This document shows, one piece after another, positions 55,401-64,000 of a DNA stretch of 64,000 nt (position 1 is the stretch's first letter; every line of letters starts with the position of its first letter). Source of the stretch: Eledone cirrhosa. Lineage: Eukaryota. A program made the position numbers and the translations under genes. The notes beneath the pieces were generated by a model. It made no database searches, had not been told where the DNA came from, and saw nothing but the letters and a program-made list of their open reading frames with translations. The DNA lies in the NCBI GenBank assembly GCA_964016885.1, contig OZ024740.1, forward strand, positions 38,192,001-38,256,000, read 5' to 3'.

Positions 55401-58400
55401 ATACATTACACTACAGCTCAGGTACAAACAGCTGACTAACTAGGTTATTTTTACTTTAATCGTAGCTCATCCTATACATTACACTACAGATCAGGTACAA
55501 ACAGCTGACTTACTAGGTTGTTTTTACATTAATCCTAGCTCATCTTATACATTACACTACAGATCAGGTACAAACAGCTGACTAACTAGGTTATTTTTAC
55601 TTTAATCCTAGCTCATCTTATACATTACACTACAGATCAGGTAGAAACAGCTGACTAACTAGGTTGTGTTTACATTAATCCTTGCTCATCTTATACATTA
55701 CACTACAGATCATGTACAAACAGCTGACTAACTAGGTTGTTTTTACATTAATCCTAGCTCATCTTATACATTACACTACAGATCAGGTACAAACAGTTGA
55801 CTAACTAGGTTGTGTTTACATTAATCCTAGCTCATCTTATACATTACACTACAGATCAGGTACAAACAGCTGACTAACTAGGTTATTTTTACTTTAATCA
55901 TAGCTCATCTTATACATTACACTACAGATCAGGTACAAACAGCTGACTAACTAGGTTGTTTTTACATTAATCCTAGCTCATCTTATACATTACACTACAG
56001 ATCCGGTACAAACAGTTGACTAACTAGGTTGTGTTTACATTAATCCTAGCTCATCTTATACATTACACTACAGATCAGGTACAAACAGTTGACTAACTAG
56101 GTTGTGTTTACATTAACCCTAGCTCATCTTATACATTACACTACAGATCAGGTACAAACAGCTGACTAACTAGGTTATTTTTACATTAATCCTAGCTCAT
56201 CTTATACATTACACTACAGATCAGGTACAAACAGTTGACTAACTAGGTTGTGTTTACATTAATCCTAGCTCATCTTATACATTACACTACAAATCAGGTA
56301 CAAACAGCTGACTAACTAGGTTATTTTTACATTAATCCTAGCTCATCTTATACATTACACTACAGAACAGGTACAAACAGTTGACTAACTAGGTTGTGTT
56401 TACATTAATCCTAGCTCATCTTATACATTACACTACAGATCGGGTACAAACAGCTGACTAACTAGGTTGTGTTTACATTAATCCTAGCTCATCTTATACA
56501 TTACACTACAGATCAGGTACAAACAGTTGACTAACTAGGTTGTGTTTACATTAATCCTAGCTCATCTTATACATTACACTACAGATCAGGTACAAACATC
56601 TGACTAACTAGGTTATTTTTACATTAATCCTAGCTCATCTTATACATTACACTACAGATCAGGTACAAACAGTTGACTAACTATGTTGTGTTTACATTAA
56701 TCCTAGCTTACCTTATACATTACACTACAGATCAGGTACAAACAGCTGACTAACTAGGTTGTGTTTACATTAATCCTAGCTCATCTTATACATTACACTA
56801 CAGATCAGGTACAAACAGCTGAATAACTAGGTTATTTTTACATTAATCCTAGCTCATTTTATACATTACACTACACATCAGGTACAAACAGTTGACTAAC
56901 TAGGTTGTGTTTACGTTAATCCTAGCTCATCTTATACGTTACTCTACAGCTCAGGTACAAACAGCTGACTAACTAGGTTATTTTTACTTTAATCCTAGCT
57001 CATCTTATACATTACACTACAGATCAGGTACAAACAGTTGACTAACTAGGTTGTGTTTACATTAATCCTAGCTCATCTTATAAATTACACTACAGATCAG
57101 GTACAAACAGTTGACTAACTAGGTTGTGTTTACATTAATCCTAGCTCATCTTATACATTACACTACAGATCAGGTACAAACAGCTGACTAACTAGGTTAT
57201 TTTTACATTAATCCTAGCTCATCTTATACATTACACTACAGATCAGGTACAAACAGTTGACTAACTAGGTTGTGTTTACATTAATCCTAGCTCATCTTAT
57301 ACATTACACTACAGATCGGGTACAAACAGCTGACTAACTAGGTTATTTTTACATTAATCCTAGCTCATCTTATACATTATACTACAGATCAGGTACAAAC
57401 AGTTGACTAACTAGGTTGTGTTTACATTAATCCTAGCTCATCTTATACATTACACTACAGATCAGGTACAAACATCTGACTAACTAGGTTATTTTTACAT
57501 TAATCCTAGCTCATCTTATACATTACACTACAGATCAGGTACAAACAGTTGACTAACTAGGTTGTGTTTACATTAATCCTAGCTTACCTTATACATTACA
57601 CTACAGATCAGGTACAAACAGCTGACTAACTAGGTTGTGTTTACATTAATCCTAGCTCATCCTATACATTACACTACAGATCAGGTACAAACAGCTGACT
57701 AACTAGGTTATTTTTACATTAATCCTAGCTCATCTTATACATTACACTACAGATCAGGTACAAACAGTTGACTAACTAGGTTGTGTTTACGTTAATCCTA
57801 GCTCATCTTATACATTACACTACAGCTCAGGTACAAACAGCTGACTAACTAGGTTATTTTTACTTTAATCGTAGCTCATCCTATACATTACACTACAGAT
57901 CAGGTACAAACAGCTGACTTACTAGGTTGTTTTTACATTAATCCTAGCTCATCTTATACATTACACTACAGATCAGGTACAAACAGCTGACTAACTAGGT
58001 TATTTTTACTTTAATCCTAGCTCATCTTATACATTACACTACAGATCAGGTACAAACAGCTGACTAACTAGGTTGTGTTTACATTAATCCTTGCTCATCT
58101 TATACATTACACTACAGATCATGTACAAACAGCTGACTAACTAGGTTATTTTTACATTAATCCTAGCTCATCTTATACATTACACTACAGATCAGGTACA
58201 AACAGTTGACTAACTAAGTTGTGTTTACGTTAATCCTAGCTCATCTTATACATTACACTACAGATCAGGTACAAACAGCTGACTAACTAGGTTATTTTTA
58301 CTTTAATCATAGCTCATCTTATACATTACACTACAGATCAGGTACAAACAGCTGACTAACTAGGTTGTTTTTACATTAATCCTAGCTCATCTTATACATT

Positions 58401-61400
58401 ACACTACAGATCCGGTACAAACAGTTGACTAACTAGGTTGTGTTTACATTAATCCTAGCTCATCTTATACATTACACTACAGATCAGGTACAAACAGTTG
58501 ACTAACTAGGTTGTGTTTACATTAATCCTAGCTCATCTTATAAATTACACTACAGATCAGGTACAAACAGCTGACTAACTAGGTTATTTTTACATTAATC
58601 CTAGCTCATCTTATACATTATACTACAGATCAGGTACAAACAGTTGACTAACTAGGTTGCGTTTACATTAATCCTAGCTCATCTTATACATTACACTACA
58701 AATCAGGTACAAACAGCTGACTAACTAGGTTATTTTTACATTAATCCTAGCTCATCTTATACATTACACTACAGAACAGGTACAAACAGTTGACTAACTA
58801 GGTTGTTTTTACATTAATCCTAGCTCATCTTATACATTACACTACAGATCCGGTACAAACAGTTGACTAACTAGGTTGTGTTTACATTAATCCTAGCTCA
58901 TCTTATACATTACACTACAGATCAGGTACAAACAGTTGACTAACTAGGTTGTGTTTACATTAACCCTAGCTCATCTTATACATTACACTACAGATCAGGT
59001 ACAAACAGCTGACTAACTAGGTTATTTTTACATTAATCCTAGCTCATCTTATACATTACACTACAGATCAGGTACAAACAGTTGACTAACTAGGTTGTGT
59101 TTACATTAATCCTAGCTCATCTTATACATTACACTACAAATCAGGTACAAACAGCTGACTAACTAGGTTATTTTTACATTAATCCTAGCTCATCTTATAC
59201 ATTACACTACAGAACAGGTACAAACAGTTGACTAACTAGGTTGTGTTTACATTAATCCTAGCTCATCTTATACATTACACTACAGATCGGGTACAAACAG
59301 CTGACTAACTAGGTTGTGTTTACATTAATCCTAGCTCATCTTATACATTACACTACAGATCAGGTACAAACAGTTGACTAACTAGGTTGTGTTTACATTA
59401 ATCCTAGCTCATCTTATACATTACACTACAGATCAGGTACAAACATCTGACTAACTAGGTTATTTTTACATTAATCCTAGCTCATCTTATACATTACACT
59501 ACAGATCAGGTACAAACAGTTGACTAACTATGTTGTGTTTACATTAATCCTAGCTTACCTTATACATTACACTACAGATCAGGTACAAACAGCTGACTAA
59601 CTAGGTTGTGTTTACATTAATCCTAGCTCATCTTATACATTACACTACAGATCAGGTACAAACAGCTGAATAACTAGGTTATTTTTACATTAATCCTAGC
59701 TCATCTTATACATTACACTACACATCAGGTACAAACAGTTGACTAACTAGGTTGTGTTTACGTTAATCCTAGCTCATCTTATACGTTACTCTACAGCTCA
59801 GGTACAAACAGCTGACTAACTAGGTTATTTTTACTTTAATCCTAGCTCATCTTATACATTACACTACAGATCAGGTACAAACAGTTGACTAACTAGGTTG
59901 TGTTTACATTAATCCTAGCTCATCTTATAAATTACACTACAGATCAGGTACAAACAGTTGACTAACTAGGTTGTGTTTACATTAATCCTAGCTCATCTTA
60001 TACATTACACTACAGATCAGGTACAAACAGCTGACTAACTAGGTTATTTTTACATTAATCCTAGCTCATCTTATACATTACACTACAGATCAGGTACAAA
60101 CAGTTGACTAACTAGGTTGTGTTTACATTAATCCTAGCTCATCTTATACATTACACTACAGATCGGGTACAAACAGCTGACTAACTAGGTTATTTTTACA
60201 TTAATCCTAGCTCATCTTATACATTATACTACAGATCAGGTACAAACAGTTGACTAACTAGGTTGTGTTTACATTAATCCTAGCTCATCTTATACATTAC
60301 ACTACAGATCAGGTACAAACATCTGACTAACTAGGTTATTTTTACATTAATCCTAGCTCATCTTATACATTACACTACAGATCAGGTACAAACAGTTGAC
60401 TAACTAGGTTGTGTTTACATTAATCCTAGCTTACCTTATACATTACACTACAGATCAGGTACAAACAGCTGACTAACTAGGTTGTGTTTACATTAATCCT
60501 AGCTCATCTTATACATTACACTACAGATCAGGTACAAACAGCTGACTAACTAGGTTATTTTTACATTAATCCTAGCTCATCTTATACATTACACTACAGA
60601 TCAGGTACAAACAGTTGACTAACTAGGTTGTGTTTACGTTAATCCTAGCTCATCTTATACATTACACTACAGCTCAGGTACAAACAGCTGACTAACTAGG
60701 TTATTTTTACTTTAATCGTAGCTCATCCTATACATTACACTACAGATCAGGTACAAACAGCTGACTTACTAGGTTGTTTTTACATTAATCCTAGCTCATC
60801 TTATACATTACACTACAGATCAGGTACAAACAGCTGACTAACTAGGTTATTTTTACTTTAATCCTAGCTCATCTTATACATTACACTACAGATCAGGTAC
60901 AAACAGCTGACTAACTAGGTTGTGTTTACATTAATCCTTGCTCATCTTATACATTACACTACAGATCATGTACAAACAGCTGACTAACTAGGTTATTTTT
61001 ACATTAATCCTAGCTCATCTTATACATTACACTACAGATCAGGTACAAACAGTTGACTAACTAAGTTGTGTTTACGTTAATCCTAGCTCATCTTATACAT
61101 TACACTACAGATCAGGTACAAACAGCTGACTAACTACGTTATTTTTACTTTAATCCTAGCTCATCTTATACATTACACTACAGATCAGGTATAAACAGTT
61201 GACTAACTAGGTTGTGTTTACATTAATCCTAGCTCATCTTATAAATTACACTACAGATCAGGTACAAACAGTTGACTAACTAGGTTGTGTTTACATTAAT
61301 CCTAGCTGATCTTATACATTACACTACAGATCAGGTACAAACAGCTGACTAACTAGGTTATTTTTACGTTAATCCTAGCTCATCTTATACATTACACTAC

Positions 61401-64000
61401 AGATCAGGTACAAACAGCTGACTAACTAGGTTATTTTTACATTAATCCTAGCTCATCTTATACATTACACTACAGATCAGGTACAAACAGTTGACTAACT
61501 AGGTTGTGTTTACATTAATCCTAGCTCATCTTATACATTACACTACAGATCAGGTACAAACAGCTGACTAACTAGGTTATTTTTACTTTAATCCTAGCTC
61601 ATCTTATACATTACACTACAGATCAGGTACAAACAGTTGACTAACTAGGTTGTGTTTACATTAATCCTAGCTCATCTTATACATTACACTACAGATCAGG
61701 TACAAGCAGCTGACTAACTAGGTTATTTTTACATTAATCCTACCTCATCTTATACATTACACTACAGATCAGGTACAAACAGTTGACTAACTAGGTTGTG
61801 TTTACATTAATCCTAGCTCATCTTATACATTACACTACAGATCAGGTACAAACAGTTGACTAACTAGGTTGTGTTTACATTAATCCTAGCTCATCTTATA
61901 CATTACACTACAGATCGGGTACAAACAGCTGACTAACTAGGTTGTGTTTACATTAATCCTAGCTCATCTTATACATTACACTACAGATCAGGTACAAACA
62001 GCTGACTAACTAGGTTATTTTTACATTAATCCTAGCTCATCTTATACATTACACTACAGATCAGGTACAAACAGTTGACTAACTAGGTTGTGTTTACATT
62101 AATCCTAGCTCATCTTATACATTACACTACAGATCAGGTACAAACAGCTGACTAACTAGGTTATTTTTACATTAATCCTAGCTCATCTTATACATTATAC
62201 TACAGATCAGGTACAAACAGATGACTAACTAGGTTGTGTTTACATTAATCCTAGCTCATCTTATACATTACACTACAGATCAGGTACAAACAGCTGACTA
62301 ACTAGGTTATTTTTAAATTAATCCTAGCTCATCTTATACATTACACTACAGATCAGGTACAAACAGTTGACTAACTAGGTTGTGTTTACGTTAATCCTAG
62401 CTCATCTTATACATTACACTACAGCTCAGGTACAAACAGCTGACTAACTAGGTTATTTTTACTTTAATCCTAGCTCATCCTATACATTACACTACAGATC
62501 AGGTACAAACAGCTGACTTACTAGGTTGTTTTTACATTAATCCTAGCTCATCTTATACATTACACTACAGATCAGGTACAAACAGCTGACTAACTAGGTT
62601 ATTTTTACTTTAATCCTAGCTCATCTTATACATTACACTACAGATCAGGTACAAACAGCTGACTAACTAGGTTGTGTTTACATTAATCCTTGCTCATCTT
62701 ATACATTACACTACAGATCATGTACAAACAGCTGACTAACTAGGTTATTTTTACATTAATCCTAGCTCATCTTATACATTACACTACAGATCAGGTACAA
62801 ACAGTTGACTAACTAGGTTGTGTTTACGTTAATCCTAGCTCATCTTATACATTACACTACAGATCAGGTACAAACAGCTGACTAACTACGTTATTTTTAC
62901 TTTAATCCTAGCTCATCTTATACATTACACTACAGATCAGGTATAAACAGTTGACTAACTAGGTTGTGTTTACATTAATCCTAGCTCATCTTATAAATTA
63001 CACTACAGATCAGGTACAAACAGTTGACTAACTAGGTTGTGTTTACATTAATCCTAGCTGATCTTATACATTACACTACAGATCAGGTACAAACAGCTGA
63101 CTAACTAGGTTATTTTTACATTAATCCTAGCTCATCTTATACATTACACTACAGATCAGGTACAAACAGTTGACTAACTAGGTTGTGTTTACATTAATCC
63201 TAGCTCATCTTATACATTACACTACAGATCAGGTACAAACAGCTGACTAACTAGGTTATTTTTACTTTAATCCTAGCTCATCTTATACATTACACTACAG
63301 ATCAGGTACAAACAGTTGACTAACTAGGTTGTGTTTACATCAATCCTAGCTCATCTTATACATTACACTACAGATCAGGTACAAACAGCTGACTAACTAG
63401 GTTATTTTTACATTAATCCTAGCTCATCTTATACATTACACTACAGATCAGGTACAAACAGTTGACTAACTAGGTTGTGTTTACATTAATCCTAGCTCAG
63501 CTTATACATTACACTACAGATCAGGTACAAACAGTTGACTAACTAGGTTGTGTTTACATTAATCCTAGCTCATCTTATACATTACACTACAGATCGGGTA
63601 CAAACAGCTGACTAACTAGGTTGTGTTTACATTAATCCTAGCTCATCTTATACATTACACTACAGATCAGGTACAAACAGCTGACTAACTAGGTTATTTT
63701 TACATTAATCCTAGCTCATCTTATACATTACACTACAGATCAGGTACAAACAGTTGACTAACTAGGTTGTGTTTACATTAATCCTAGCTCATCTTATACA
63801 TTACACTACAGATCAGGTACAAACAGTTGACTAACTAGGTTGTGTTTACATTAATCCTAGCTTACCTTATACATTACACTACAGATCAGGTACAAACAGC
63901 TGACTAACTAGGTTGTGTTTACATTAATCCTAGCTCATCTTATACATTACACTACAGATCAGGTACAAACAGCTGACTAACTAGGTTATTTTTACATTAA
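16445..64000. repeat. 73-bp satellite array (~650 monomers, truncated by the right edge); consensus GACTAACTAGGTT(G/A)T(G/T)TTTAC(A/T)TTAATCCTAGCTCATCTTATACATTACACTACAGATCAGGTACAAACAG(T/C)T
   Basis: The 73-bp period is confirmed by register: GACTAAC falls at 16453, 19081, 23461, 27841, 32221, 36601 and 40981 (all multiples of 73 apart). The register then shifts by -1 after a single-base deletion at ~42679. No ORFs were called in the array. Confidence 0.98.

Noticed and set aside
1-64000. CRISPR-like appearance of regular repeats
   Set aside because: There are no unique spacers (units are contiguous and near-identical), no cas genes, and the context is eukaryotic.

Overview
Eukaryotic, AT-rich animal genomic DNA. 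The interspersed SINE/LINE families look from memory like those of octopus/cephalopods; this is unverified. About 91% of the window is two unrelated, very homogeneous satellite arrays: a 57-bp satellite (1 to ~10845, ~190 monomers, open at the left edge) and a 73-bp satellite (~16445 to 64000, ~650 monomers, open at the right edge). Between them lies a ~5.6-kb non-satellite island with tRNA-derived SINEs, a 5'-truncated RTE-type LINE, minisatellites, and one intact 256-bp minus-strand exon (13328-13583) that the ORF track missed. The exon encodes the N-terminus and TM1 of an SLC6 neurotransmitter:sodium symporter ([36 protein letters not shown]). I found no other exon of this gene by eye, so the gene appears to have satellite-filled giant introns. 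The long repetitive ORFs in the ORF track are artefacts of the 57-bp (3x19) period. No prokaryotic systems, CRISPR arrays, rRNA or true tRNA genes were seen.
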